Shown here: positions 18,597 to 28,837 of the stretch, piece by piece
How the letters are laid out: every line of letters begins with the position of its first letter
How positions within the stretch are numbered: the first letter of the stretch is position 1
Assembly: GCA_020721905.1 (NCBI GenBank)
Contig: DYLU01000002.1
Coordinates: 11,314-75,313, forward strand
Length of the DNA stretch: 64,000 nt
Direction: 5' to 3'
DNA from: Leptospira biflexa
GTDB taxonomy: Bacteria > Spirochaetota > UBA4802 > UB4802
The notes under the pieces: model-generated
What the model saw: only the letters and a program-made list of their open reading frames with translations
The model's database searches: none
Told to the model about the DNA's origin: nothing
Translations under genes and position numbers: made by a program

Positions 18597-18646
18597 CCTT
18601 ACCCTTAAGCCCATTATTGTATATAAAAACATGCTTAAGGGTAAGG
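18597..18646. repeat. 14-bp perfect inverted repeat with 22-nt AT-rich spacer
   Basis: CCTTACCCTTAAGC (18597-18610) and GCTTAAGGGTAAGG (18633-18646), between the ppdK stop and the TPR gene start. Confidence 0.7.
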
Positions 18647-18739
18647 GTGTAAATATTTTCATCATGTTTAAAAGCTACTTTATGCCCATTTATAGTAAAT
18701 AGTGTCATTAGATCAAGAGATCATTGCACAACCATACTT

Positions 18740-21454
18740 TTACCTGGGAAACCGTATTTCTGCTTGCGCTGCAGCCAGTCGGGCAATTGGTACTCTAAAT
18801 GGTGAACAGCTTACATAATCAAGCCCCACTATATGACAAAACTCCACTGAACTTGGTTCGCCACCATGCTCACCGCAAATACCAAGTTTGAGCCTGGGAT
18901 TTACGGATCGCCCTTTTTCAAAAGCCATCTTTATAAGCTGCCCAACTCCATCACGATCAAGAATTCTGAATGGATCATTTGGTAAAATTTTCTTATCAAC
19001 ATACTCTTTTAAAAATTTTCCTGCATCGTCACGGCTAAAACCAAATGTCATCTGTGTGAGGTCATTTGTACCAAATGAAAAGAACTCAGCAACCCCTGCT
19101 ATCTCATCAGCTGTTACTGCAGCTCGTGGGACTTCAATCATTGTGCCAACCATATAATCAACTTTCACTCCCATTTCTTTCATGACAATTTCAGCAGTTT
19201 TTACAATAATGTTTTTCTGTAGTATAAGTTCTTTAACATGACCCACCAGCGGAACCATAACCTCAGGCTTAACATCCACACCTTCCTTTACCAGCTGACA
19301 TGCTGCTTCAAATATTGCACGAGCCTGCATCTCTGTAATTTCAGGATAGGTAATGCCCAACCGGCAACCCCTGTGCCCTAACATGGGGTTAAATTCATGG
19401 AGTTCTTCAACCTTAGCTTTCACATCTTCAACTGTTATTCCTAATTCTTTTGCCATCTCTTTCTGTGATTCCAGATCATGTGGCAAAAATTCATGTAATG
19501 GCGGATCAAGTAGCCTGATAGTTACTCCCAATCCTTCCATTGCCTTGAATATTCCATAAAAATCCTCTCTCTGCATGGGTAGCAATTTATCCAGTGCTTT
19601 CTTCCTTCCTTCATAGGAATCAGCAAGTATCATTTCCCTGACTGCCTTTATTCTGTCACCTTCAAAGAACATATGCTCAGTACGACACAGTCCTATGCCT
19701 TCAGCTCCAAAATTTCGAGCAACCTTTGCATCATGGGGAGTATCTGCATTGGTCCTTACTTTAAGCTTTCTGATTTCATCAGCCCACTGCATAATGGTCC
19801 CAAATTTACCTGTTACTTCCGGTTCAACAGTTGCAACCTTTCCAAGCATTACCTCGCCTGTTGAACCATCTATGGAGATATAATCTCCTTCTTTTAATAC
19901 AACATCTTCAACTTTCATCACCCGCTTTGCGTAATCTATCTCCAGCACACCACAACCTGATACACAGCATTTGCCCATTCCCCTGGCAACCACAGCAGCA
20001 TGAGATGTCATACCACCACGGGCAGTAAGTATACCTTCAGCCGCGTTCATGCCCTTTAAATCCTCGGGAGAGGTTTCAATTCTAACCAAAATTACCTTCT
20101 CACCACGTTCTTTCCATTCATGGGCATCATCAGCATTGAAAACAATTTTCCCTGTTGCAGCACCCGGTGAAGCAGGAAGACCTTTTGCAATAACCTTGCG
20201 TTGTGCTTTGGGATCAAAAGTTGGATGGAGTAACTGGTCAAGTGATTGCGGATCCACTCTTAAAACAGCATCCTCTTTTGATATCAGGCCTTCTTCGACC
20301 ATATCAACAGCAATATTTATAGCAGCCCGTGCAGTTCGTTTACCATTTCGCGTCTGGAGCATCCACAACTTTTTGTTTTGTATGGTAAACTCTATATCCT
20401 GCATGTCGCGATAATGTTTTTCAAGAGTCATGTACACATCCACTAACTGCTTATATGCTTCAGGCATATACTCTTCCAGTGACGGATATTTTTGTTTACG
20501 TTCTTCCTCTGATACGCCATTTTCCCTGGCCCACCGGCGAGAACCTTCAAGTGTTATCTGTTGTGGTGTTCTTATTCCTGCAACCACATCCTCACCCTGA
20601 GCATTAATCAGGTATTCACCAAAAAATTCCCTTGCACCTGTGGCAGGATCCCTTGTGAAGGCAACACCCGTGGCACAGTCATTGCCCATATTGCCAAATA
20701 CCATTGCCTGAACATTTACTGCAGTGCCCCAGCTATCATCAATGTTATTCATTTTTCTGTACAGGATAGCACGCTCATTATTCCATGATCTGAAAACTGC
20801 TCCTATTGCTCCCCATAACTGCTCATAGGGATCATCAGGGAATGATACATTGAGCCTATCTTTTATAATTTTCTTAAATCGCGCTACCAGCTCTTTTAAA
20901 TCATCCACAGTAAGACCAAGGTCATTTTTAACTTTCCTTTTATCCTTAATTTCATCCATGATCACTTCAAATGGATCATGCTCATCCTTGCTTTCGGGCT
21001 TCAATCCCAATACAACGTCACCATACATCTGGATAAAGCGGCGGTATGAATCCCATGCAAACCGCTCATTCCCGGTTTTTCTTGCAAGGCCTTTTACCAC
21101 ATCCTCATTTATTCCTAAATTAAGAATGGTATCCATCATTCCCGGCATTGATGCCCGTGCACCCGACCTCACTGACACAAGTAAAGGATTGGAAGGGTCA
21201 CCAAACTTAGTGCCCATAATTTCTTCTACCTTATGTAATGCAGTAACTACTTCCTCTTTTAGCCCATCAGGCATTTTCTGATTGTTTGTATAATATTCAT
21301 TGCATACTTCTGTTGTAATTGTAAAGCCCGCAGAAACAGGAATGCCAATACGTGCCATTTCTGCTAAATTAGCACCTTTTCCACCTAAAAGGTTCTTCAT
21401 ATCAGCAGTTCCCTCCGTAACGTTACCACCAAACAGATACACACGCTTTGCCAT
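18740..21454 (-). CDS. ppdK: pyruvate, phosphate dikinase
   Basis: 904 aa with the phosphohistidine motif [19 protein letters not shown]-utiliser C-terminus GICGEHGG, and N-terminus MAKRVYLFG...[10 protein letters not shown]. Confidence 0.95.
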   Translation of the reverse strand: MAKRVYLFGGNVTEGTADMKNLLGGKGANLAEMARIGIPVSAGFTITTEVCNEYYTNNQKMPDGLKEEVVTALHKVEEIMGTKFGDPSNPLLVSVRSGARASMPGMMDTILNLGINEDVVKGLARKTGNERFAWDSYRRFIQMYGDVVLGLKPESKDEHDPFEVIMDEIKDKRKVKNDLGLTVDDLKELVARFKKIIKDRLNVSFPDDPYEQLWGAIGAVFRSWNNERAILYRKMNNIDDSWGTAVNVQAMVFGNMGNDCATGVAFTRDPATGAREFFGEYLINAQGEDVVAGIRTPQQITLEGSRRWARENGVSEEERKQKYPSLEEYMPEAYKQLVDVYMTLEKHYRDMQDIEFTIQNKKLWMLQTRNGKRTARAAINIAVDMVEEGLISKEDAVLRVDPQSLDQLLHPTFDPKAQRKVIAKGLPASPGAATGKIVFNADDAHEWKERGEKVILVRIETSPEDLKGMNAAEGILTARGGMTSHAAVVARGMGKCCVSGCGVLEIDYAKRVMKVEDVVLKEGDYISIDGSTGEVMLGKVATVEPEVTGKFGTIMQWADEIRKLKVRTNADTPHDAKVARNFGAEGIGLCRTEHMFFEGDRIKAVREMILADSYEGRKKALDKLLPMQREDFYGIFKAMEGLGVTIRLLDPPLHEFLPHDLESQKEMAKELGITVEDVKAKVEELHEFNPMLGHRGCRLGITYPEITEMQARAIFEAACQLVKEGVDVKPEVMVPLVGHVKELILQKNIIVKTAEIVMKEMGVKVDYMVGTMIEVPRAAVTADEIAGVAEFFSFGTNDLTQMTFGFSRDDAGKFLKEYVDKKILPNDPFRILDRDGVGQLIKMAFEKGRSVNPRLKLGICGEHGGEPSSVEFCHIVGLDYVSCSPFRVPIARLAAAQAEIRFPR

Positions 21455-21645
21455 TGTTATTCTCCCTTTTTTCTTAAATTTATTCTATCGTTACCATAAA
21501 AAATGATAACATATCTCATTTTCATCATACATACACAGCAGGCTATTTTTACCAGCATTACCTAACGGTTTAACATCCTTATATTACTGCATTTCTATTG
21601 TAAAGATTAATTTCTCATTATGATTATCATTTTAATAATTATATG

Positions 21646-22575
21646 CTATTGTTTTAGCAAATCATTTACAATTTTAACAAAACATGCATCTCTATCAATA
21701 CAATTTTCACAATTATCTGACTCAAAAATACTCATATTGCAATCTACTGTATTTGTTTCAACCATAATTTCTTTATACCGTATATACTGCACTTCATCAT
21801 CTGTTAACGCTTGCTCACCCTGTTTGTATAATTTTTGTACGATAGTTTTTTGTAATTCAATCTCCTTTTTGTCTACAACATGCTCAGCTGGAATGTTTGT
21901 CTTTTTCTTCTGCAAAGCCACAAACCCTCTTGTTTTATATCTGATAGCATGTTTACGGGTAATTATGAAATAGAGTATACCAGTGGCAAGCCCGCCCAGA
22001 TGTCCTATATGTGAGATGTTATCAAATCCACCTGAAAGCTCCAGAAACAGTTCCAGAGCACCATATATTATCACCAGTGTCCGTGCTTTTACTGGTATAA
22101 TAAAAAAAAGTAAAATTTCAACATCCGGGAATAATATGCCAAAGGCCAGAAGAAGCCCAAATACTGCTCCTGAGGCGCCAATAGTAGGTATATAATATCC
22201 CGTTTTACCTGACAATAAAGCTATGATAAAAATTGCCGTGCCTGCCCCAACACCACAGGTTAAATAGTATATAATGAATTTTTTACTCCCCCACAATCTT
22301 TCAACAGGCATACCAAAGATATAAAGAGCATACATATTAAATACAATGTGTGCAAAACCTGAAGTACTGTGTAGAAACATATACGAAAATAGCTGCCATA
22401 GATAAAATTTATCAACTACCAGATAAGGAATTAAGCCCAGGTAATATGTAACAATATCCAAAGGTAAAACATTATTAGCAACAGTATATGGGACAAGTGT
22501 ATTACTCAACAAAAGTTGAATGAGAAAAATTATACCATTTGCTATTATAAGGGTAACAGCCCAGTTCTTATACAT
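21646..22575 (-). CDS. rhomboid-family intramembrane serine protease with Cys-rich cytoplasmic tail
   Basis: HxxxxHxxxN (HSTSGFAHIVFN), catalytic GASGAVFG and HLGGL. The ~90-aa C-terminal tail ends in C-x10-C-x2-C-x5-C. Confidence 0.85.
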   Translation of the reverse strand: MYKNWAVTLIIANGIIFLIQLLLSNTLVPYTVANNVLPLDIVTYYLGLIPYLVVDKFYLWQLFSYMFLHSTSGFAHIVFNMYALYIFGMPVERLWGSKKFIIYYLTCGVGAGTAIFIIALLSGKTGYYIPTIGASGAVFGLLLAFGILFPDVEILLFFIIPVKARTLVIIYGALELFLELSGGFDNISHIGHLGGLATGILYFIITRKHAIRYKTRGFVALQKKKTNIPAEHVVDKKEIELQKTIVQKLYKQGEQALTDDEVQYIRYKEIMVETNTVDCNMSIFESDNCENCIDRDACFVKIVNDLLKQ

Positions 22576-22609
22576 AAACGAATCCTGCTATATCCATTAC
22601 ATAGTTTTA

Positions 22610-22927
22610 TTACTGATCCTCATATTGAGGACACATTCTTGAAACACCAGGCTCAAAATTTCTGCAAACTGCCGGCCGTGTATCATAAATGGTGCAGCTA
22701 TACAGCCCATCATCATTCATAATTAAAAAAGGACATCGTTGAATTGAATGCCCATTTCGTGATGATACAAGATGGTCCCCTGCCCATACACTGCTTTCAT
22801 TCTCAATTATATGTAAGATATCATCCCTTCCTTCAGTGTGCCAGCGTTTAAAATCTTCTTCAGTGGCATAGGCAATCATATCTACAAAACAACACGCCCC
22901 ACACCGTTTACACTCTTTCCCTGGCAT
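22610..22927 (-). CDS. YkgJ-family (CxxCxxCC) cysteine-cluster protein
   Basis: CKRCGACCF at the N-terminus, later CPFL...CTIY..RPAVCR. Confidence 0.7.
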   Translation of the reverse strand: MPGKECKRCGACCFVDMIAYATEEDFKRWHTEGRDDILHIIENESSVWAGDHLVSSRNGHSIQRCPFLIMNDDGLYSCTIYDTRPAVCRNFEPGVSRMCPQYEDQ

Positions 22928-22950
22928 ACGTTATACTATTACAAAATTGA

Positions 22951-23541
22951 TTATGATAACCCTTTCAACGCAAACTGGAATATAAATTCAATTAAATCAT
23001 CTATGGTCATCCATTCTTCCGGAGAAAACCACAACCGTGTTCTAACAATCATTGAAGCAATAAGATTCAAAGTAATTTTCTCATCTACTTTTCTGAATAA
23101 TCCCTTTTCAATTCCACGCTTAAGTATAGTGTACCCTATACAATTATATTCATCACGCAGATCCAGAATAACTTTCCTCCTTTCAGGAGAAAGATTCCTG
23201 AGCTCTGTATCAAATAATAACTTTGAAGCTCTTTTTTCCCCCAAAGTAATTTTAACATGAGTTTCTATCAATAATCGTAATTGCTGCAGGGGATCTCCAT
23301 CTTCTTTTTCCAGATACCTGATAGGATTGACGATCTCTTCCATTTCCTCTTTTAAGATTGAGAACAGTATCTCTTCTTTACTTTCAAAAAAATTGTAAAT
23401 ATTGGCAGGCCTGAAACCACATTCATTTGCAATATCCTTCATACTGGTTTCAGCATACCCTTTTTCCCAAAAAAGTACCTGTGATTTTTGCATTATCAGT
23501 GTTCTCTGTTTACCATTTTCTTTTACTACAACATCAGGCAT
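22951..23541 (-). CDS. TetR/AcrR-family transcriptional regulator
   Basis: HTH region FWEKGYAETSMKDIANECGFRPANIYNFFESKEEIL. I set the start to ATG 23541 (AAGGAG 9 nt upstream); the track start at 23580 is a GTG extension. Confidence 0.85.
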   Translation of the reverse strand: MPDVVVKENGKQRTLIMQKSQVLFWEKGYAETSMKDIANECGFRPANIYNFFESKEEILFSILKEEMEEIVNPIRYLEKEDGDPLQQLRLLIETHVKITLGEKRASKLLFDTELRNLSPERRKVILDLRDEYNCIGYTILKRGIEKGLFRKVDEKITLNLIASMIVRTRLWFSPEEWMTIDDLIEFIFQFALKGLS

Positions 23542-23683
23542 CGATATTATCTCCTTAAACTGATAATAAATTGCTTCCACTCTACTTTAATAGCAAAGCA
23601 TTACGAATGAAATCATTGCACCATATCACAATGCTATATTCTTTAAATTTACCACATTAAAATACCATTATCGTAAATACAAG

Positions 23684-23718
23684 AAAAAAAACCTCGTACC
23701 ATATATACGAGGTTTTTT
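23684..23718 (-). terminator. rho-independent terminator (bidirectional shape) ending the minus-strand beta-oxidation operon
   Basis: AAAAAAAA-CCTCGTA-ccatata-TACGAGG-TTTTTT, 34 nt downstream of the crotonase stop. Confidence 0.75.
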
Positions 23719-23751
23719 AAAAAAAACAGGAGGTTCCTTATAACTTTATTT

Positions 23752-24522
23752 TTATTCACCCTTAAATTCAGGTTTTCGCTTTTGTGCAAACGCCATCATG
23801 CCTTCCATACAATCTTTGGTAGGAAATAGTTTTGCCAGTTCTTCCCGTTCCATTTTTAAATGCATTTCAGGAGACATTGAAGGACTGGCTGACAATACCT
23901 TCAAGATTGCTTTGACAGATAGCGGTGGCCTTTGAGCTAATTCTTCTGCAAATTTCAATACTGCACCCATAAAATCCTGTTCTTCAAAAACTTTATTTAC
24001 CAGACCTATTGCAAGTGCTTCTTCTGCCTCAAGTTGTTTTCCAAAAAGCATTAATTCTAATGCCTTTGCTCTTCCAACCAACCGAGGCAAACGTAATGTA
24101 CCGCCATAACCTGGCATAATACCTAAATTTGTCTCAGTTAAACCTATTCGTGCACCCTTTTTCATGAGCCGTATATGACATGCCATTGCCAATTCACAAC
24201 CACCACCTAAGGCATGCCCATTTAATGCAGCTATAACTGGTTTAGGATAATCTTCTATTTTGTTCCATACATCCTGGCCACGTTTCAAAAAATCAACTGC
24301 ACTGAAATCCCCAAATCCCTGTGAAAGATCCGCACCGGCACAGAAAATCTTATCGCCCGAACCCGTTATAACCAGCACACGAATATTTTTATCAATTTCC
24401 AGTGTATCCAGATACTTTCGCATAGTTTCAAAAACATCATGGCTCAGCTGATTAGCTTTAGGTTTATTAATTGTTAAAACACCAATCATCCCTTTTTGTT
24501 CTAATAATACTGCATCTGACAT
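23752..24522 (-). CDS. enoyl-CoA hydratase (crotonase family)
   Basis: FCAGADL and GHALGGGCELAMACH motifs. I set the start to ATG 24522 (MSDAVLLEQK) behind GGAGGTG; the track start overlaps the upstream gene. Confidence 0.88.
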   Translation of the reverse strand: MSDAVLLEQKGMIGVLTINKPKANQLSHDVFETMRKYLDTLEIDKNIRVLVITGSGDKIFCAGADLSQGFGDFSAVDFLKRGQDVWNKIEDYPKPVIAALNGHALGGGCELAMACHIRLMKKGARIGLTETNLGIMPGYGGTLRLPRLVGRAKALELMLFGKQLEAEEALAIGLVNKVFEEQDFMGAVLKFAEELAQRPPLSVKAILKVLSASPSMSPEMHLKMEREELAKLFPTKDCMEGMMAFAQKRKPEFKGE

Positions 24523-24532
24523 ATGACACCTC

Positions 24533-25696
24533 CTATCTCCCAATTGTTTTAAACGAACCATCTATAATTTCAGGTTCTGGTTTTAGAATGTCTAATTTAA
24601 AGCGCTGTGCCAGATAATTAAGGCAATCAGTTAATTGTTGTGGTTGGACTCCTGATGCCAGTGCAAATGGCCCAGCAAATGCATTCATCCCATATTTTAC
24701 ACCATCATCAATATCCTGAACACCAGCAGCAATACCTTCTTTATATACCTTTACTGCTTCATTAACCTGGACTGCCATAAGATGGAGCGGTGTTATTTCT
24801 TCAGTATCCGGCATCTCAGGAATAATAGCTTTACCATCCTTCCATTCATATATGCCTTTCCCGCTCTTCATCCCAAGATAGCCTTTTTCCAGGCATCCAA
24901 GCAAAAATTTTCCTGGTTTATACCGGGGCGATAGTGTCTGTGCATAATATTCCAGTGTATGGCAGAAAACATCCAGCCCAACAAAATCAGCTGTTTCAAA
25001 AGGAGCCATTTTAACACCCATTTTCTTCATTTTTCCATCTATTTGTGCGGGATGGATTTTTCCTTCATCTAAAATAGCACTAAGTAATGCCTGATTAGGT
25101 GCACTGATTCTGTTAACAATAAAACCCGGTCTATCTTTCAAAACTTTTACGGGGAATTTATCAATTTTCTTTGTTAATTCAAACAAAATATTAATCGTAT
25201 TCTCCGATGTCTTTGCGCCATAGATTAACTCAACCAGTTTCATCCTGGTTACAGGGTTGAAATAATGCATTCCAGCAAATCGCTCAGGATTTGTGACAGC
25301 GGTAGCTATTTCAGTAATGCTCATGGTAGAAGTGTTTGTTGCAAGTATTGCATCAGAAGCGCATGCGGATGAAGCTTTTGCAAATACATCCTTCTTCAAT
25401 TGCATATTTTCCGGTACAGCCTCAATGATTACATGAGCATCCGATACTCCTTTTTGTAAATCTGTTGTTATACTTATTTTTCCAAGAACTTCATCAACAG
25501 TTCCCTGCAATTTCCCTTTTGATGCAAGGAAATCTAAACTTTCCTTTACTTTTTTTATCGCATTATCAAGGAATTCCTGTTTAACATCTATCATAGTAAC
25601 CATGAACCCATTTTGAGCGCACACCTGTGCTATGCCATGACCCATTGCCCCCGAACCTATAACGGCAATTTTCTTTACATCATTAATATTTTTCAT
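24533..25696 (-). CDS. 3-hydroxyacyl-CoA dehydrogenase (long form)
   Basis: Rossmann motif IAVIGSGAMGHGIAQV and the NTS...HYFNPV region. I set the start to ATG 25696 (MKNIND) behind GGAGGT. Confidence 0.88.
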   Translation of the reverse strand: MKNINDVKKIAVIGSGAMGHGIAQVCAQNGFMVTMIDVKQEFLDNAIKKVKESLDFLASKGKLQGTVDEVLGKISITTDLQKGVSDAHVIIEAVPENMQLKKDVFAKASSACASDAILATNTSTMSITEIATAVTNPERFAGMHYFNPVTRMKLVELIYGAKTSENTINILFELTKKIDKFPVKVLKDRPGFIVNRISAPNQALLSAILDEGKIHPAQIDGKMKKMGVKMAPFETADFVGLDVFCHTLEYYAQTLSPRYKPGKFLLGCLEKGYLGMKSGKGIYEWKDGKAIIPEMPDTEEITPLHLMAVQVNEAVKVYKEGIAAGVQDIDDGVKYGMNAFAGPFALASGVQPQQLTDCLNYLAQRFKLDILKPEPEIIDGSFKTIGR

Positions 25697-25723
25697 AATT
25701 ACCTCCATTTATAAAAATAATAG

Positions 25724-26920
25724 CTATTTAAGCTCCTTACTTGACATTTCCAGTATGTTGCGAGCAATAATCAAATGCTGTATCTGTCCGGTACCTTCAA
25801 AAATATCCATAATCTTGCTATCCCTCATCCATTTTTCTGCTAAATAGTGAGTTGAATATCCCACCGGCCCAAGCAATTCACTGCATCGCTGGGTTATCAA
25901 GGTTGCATACCTGCCTGCTTTAGCTTTTGCCATTGATGCTTCTAAGTTATTAAACTGGTTATTATCAGCCATCCAGGCAGCACGCCAGGTTAAAAGTCTC
26001 ATAGCTTCAACATTAGCATCCATCAAATACCACTCACGCTCAACTGCAGAAACATTTGATAAATTCTTCTTATAATCAAAAGTATATCCTTTCTTTTCAT
26101 ATTGTTCCCGGGTAAATTCAACAGCTGCACGTGCAATACCTGTTGCCATTGAAGCAACCAATGGCCTGGTATTATCAAATGTTTTCATGACACCTTTGAA
26201 TCCCTCCGTGGACATTTTCACTTCAGGATCCCCCAATATGTTATTATAAGGAATTCTGCAATCGCTGAGCACAAAGGTACCAGTATCAGAACCCCTGATG
26301 CCTAATTTATGCTCTAAATGCTCCAGAGTAAAACCAGGAGTCCCTTTTTCCACAACAAATGATTTGATTCCAGATTTCCCGGCTTTTTTATCAACTGTCG
26401 CCCATACAACCACCACTTCACTTCTGTCTGCGCAGGTAACAAAAATCTTTTCTCCATTGAGTACCCAGTAATCGCCATCACGAGTAGCGGTTGTTGTAAT
26501 AGCTCCTGAATCAGAACCTGCGCCCGGTTCTGTAATTGCCATAGCAGCCCACTTATTACCAAAACGTTCCAGCTGTTCATCATTAGCAACTGCCAAAATG
26601 GCCGCGTTCCCTAAACCAGCATTTGGGAATGACAATAAAAGAGCTGCATCTCCCCAACACATTTCTTCAATGGTCACTACCATCCCCAGGTTTGCTCCGC
26701 GTTTTGGCTTCTTTACTTCACCCGAAGCAGAAGATTCACCCTCTTTCTTTTTCTTAGGGCGGGCCATTACCTTTATCCCTCTGAACATATCAAGTTCCTT
26801 AGGATATTCATGCTCGGCTTCATCATATTTCCTTGAGATTGGACGCAGAACACCTTCTGCCAGTTTATGCATGTTATCCTGTAATGTTTTTATATAATCC
26901 GGTGTTACTAATTGAATCAT
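25724..26920 (-). CDS. acyl-CoA dehydrogenase (canonical subunit)
   Basis: AITEPGAGSDSG and the C-terminal catalytic region DIFEGTGQIQ. I set the start to ATG 26920 (MIQLVTPDY) behind GAGGAGG; the track's 43-aa N-terminal extension overlaps the upstream gene. Confidence 0.88.
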   Translation of the reverse strand: MIQLVTPDYIKTLQDNMHKLAEGVLRPISRKYDEAEHEYPKELDMFRGIKVMARPKKKKEGESSASGEVKKPKRGANLGMVVTIEEMCWGDAALLLSFPNAGLGNAAILAVANDEQLERFGNKWAAMAITEPGAGSDSGAITTTATRDGDYWVLNGEKIFVTCADRSEVVVVWATVDKKAGKSGIKSFVVEKGTPGFTLEHLEHKLGIRGSDTGTFVLSDCRIPYNNILGDPEVKMSTEGFKGVMKTFDNTRPLVASMATGIARAAVEFTREQYEKKGYTFDYKKNLSNVSAVEREWYLMDANVEAMRLLTWRAAWMADNNQFNNLEASMAKAKAGRYATLITQRCSELLGPVGYSTHYLAEKWMRDSKIMDIFEGTGQIQHLIIARNILEMSSKELK

Positions 26921-26939
26921 TGTTGTCCTCCTCACACTA

Positions 26940-28037
26940 TTAAATAATTGCCATGGCTTCACTAATTGCAATACTACGCCCATTACGATAATATCGCTCA
27001 ACAGGATGATCCCTGATATACCCATGGCCACCAAGAATCTGAACCCCATAATCAGTAAGTTTCATAGTCATTTCTCCAGCATAAATCTTTGCAAGGAATG
27101 ACTCACGTTTTGCATCCATGCCTAACTCAATAGCTGATGCAGCCTTCCATGTTAATAGCCTCATTGCATCAACTTCATAAGCCATTTCAGCTATCATAAA
27201 AGCTATGGATTGCCTGCTGGCTATGGGATCACCAAACTGCTGGCGTTCTTTTGCATATTTCCTTGCGTATTCATATGAAGCACGTGAAATGCCTGTTCCA
27301 ATAGCAGCCATTGCAGTTCTTGTTCTCTGGATTAGCCAATGAAATGCTGTTTCATCCCCTAATTTGTTTCTTTCATGAATTGTACAATTTTCAAACGTAA
27401 CTTCAAAAGTTGGCAGTGCCCACCAACCGCAATTTTTTTCTTTTTCTCCAACAGATAGTCCTTTTTCATCTTTATCTACTATAAACAGATGTGGATTGCC
27501 CTCATAATTTGCTATAACTATCATATGCAACGCTTCATCAGCAAGGGGAACAAAGCACTTTTTCCCATTTATAACATACGAGTTAGCCTTCTTTTCAGCT
27601 TTTGTTTCACAATTCCATACATCAAAACCCACACTAAGTTCGTTAATTGCCAGTGATGCCGGAACAAATGAATCACTGGAAAATTCCGGAAGATACTTTT
27701 CCTTTTGCTCTTTTGAGCCTAAATGAACCAGGGGGAGTACAAAGAGAGCAGGCAGCATTGCATAGACTGCAAAGCTCATATCTCCAAAAGCCAGTTCCTC
27801 AAGAACTAAAGAATGGAGAATTGGTGAACTCCCCATACCATATCCACCATATTCTTCAGGGATCATTGACTGAATTATACCTAGTTCCCAGAATTTTTGG
27901 ACTGCCTGTTTATCCAATTGCCTTTTTTCATCCCATTGGTGAATAGAATCTATCACTGTAGCCTGAACAAGCTGTCGGACAGTATCCTGCATCATCTGCT
28001 GTTCTTCAGATAATGCAAAACTTATTTCTTCTACCAT
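26940..28037 (-). CDS. acyl-CoA dehydrogenase-like protein with degenerate signatures
   Basis: The overall ACAD pattern is present (GG.GYIRDHPVERYYRN), but the TEPxAGSD box reads INELSVGFD. The C-terminus is ISEAMAII* instead of YEGTxxIQ and is truncated. Confidence 0.75.
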   Translation of the reverse strand: MVEEISFALSEEQQMMQDTVRQLVQATVIDSIHQWDEKRQLDKQAVQKFWELGIIQSMIPEEYGGYGMGSSPILHSLVLEELAFGDMSFAVYAMLPALFVLPLVHLGSKEQKEKYLPEFSSDSFVPASLAINELSVGFDVWNCETKAEKKANSYVINGKKCFVPLADEALHMIVIANYEGNPHLFIVDKDEKGLSVGEKEKNCGWWALPTFEVTFENCTIHERNKLGDETAFHWLIQRTRTAMAAIGTGISRASYEYARKYAKERQQFGDPIASRQSIAFMIAEMAYEVDAMRLLTWKAASAIELGMDAKRESFLAKIYAGEMTMKLTDYGVQILGGHGYIRDHPVERYYRNGRSIAISEAMAII

Positions 28038-28054
28038 ATAATAACCTCCTTAAT

Positions 28055-28086
28055 AAAATAAGTACTGACATGTCAGTACTTATTTT
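28055..28086. promoter_or_regulatory. perfect 32-bp palindrome, candidate TetR operator and/or terminator hairpin
   Basis: AAAATAAGTACTGACATGTCAGTACTTATTTT lies between the TetR stop (28105) and the SD/ATG of the ACAD operon (28037). Its core ACTGACATGTCAGT recurs at 28838-28859. Confidence 0.55.
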
Positions 28087-28104
28087 ATTATTGAAATAAG
28101 TCAA

Positions 28105-28719
28105 CTATTTTTTATTAAAAATACCATGTGCAATAATGTTAGAGGCCTTATCAGATATTGCTTCTAAATCGCCAATTAGCATGTTGTCATCCATTGTTAT
28201 AGTCAAATAATAATGGGCTAACCGGAAGACTCCTCCAGCAATTAGATTGGCCATAAAATTTAGATCCATCTGTTTATCAATATTATTGAATTTCACTGCA
28301 ATATTAAGATCAGCAATAATCATATTAATTAATTTGTTTTCAAAATGCTGAATTTTTTGCTCAAAATGATCTGGCAAGCCTAAACCGGCACGTAAAATTA
28401 TATTTGCCCGGTCTCTATCTTCAAAGAAAAATCTGAATGCTTCATACAACCTTTTTTTAAGATACATATATGGAGAAATTGTTTCTAAATCTTCTTTAAC
28501 CGATAATTCATTGATATAGTTTTCCCATTCAATTAAAAATCTTTCCAGTAACGATATAAAAAGATGTTCCTTATTGGAAAAATATTGATAAACAGTTCCC
28601 CGACCAATTTTTGCCGATTCAATAATATCTGAAATTTGTGTTGCATAATAGCCCTTTCCCGAAAATAACCTTTTTGCATGAAGCAATATTTTATCTCTTG
28701 TATCATCTGCTCTGGTCAT
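28105..28719 (-). CDS. TetR-family transcriptional regulator
   Basis: HTH region FSGKGYYATQISDIIESAKIGRGTVYQYFSNKEHLF, flanked on both sides by the same palindrome. Confidence 0.88.
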   Translation of the reverse strand: MTRADDTRDKILLHAKRLFSGKGYYATQISDIIESAKIGRGTVYQYFSNKEHLFISLLERFLIEWENYINELSVKEDLETISPYMYLKKRLYEAFRFFFEDRDRANIILRAGLGLPDHFEQKIQHFENKLINMIIADLNIAVKFNNIDKQMDLNFMANLIAGGVFRLAHYYLTITMDDNMLIGDLEAISDKASNIIAHGIFNKK

Positions 28720-28837
28720 TATGCCTCCTTTGTTTTTTTCAACTCAATGACAATGAGTAGCAAAAAACAATTACATTCTTAAAAAGAAATTTAAAAAAAT
28801 TATTTTTTTTTAATAAATTATTCTTGACAAATCAAAA

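Noticed and set aside
26921-27049. N-terminal extensions of track ORFs 25724-27049 and 31323-32636. The same applies to 8874-8912, 23542-23580, 24523-24561 and 25697-25708.
   Set aside because: The extensions overlap the preceding genes and lack an SD. Internal ATGs with well-placed GGAGG-type SDs begin the conserved N-termini.
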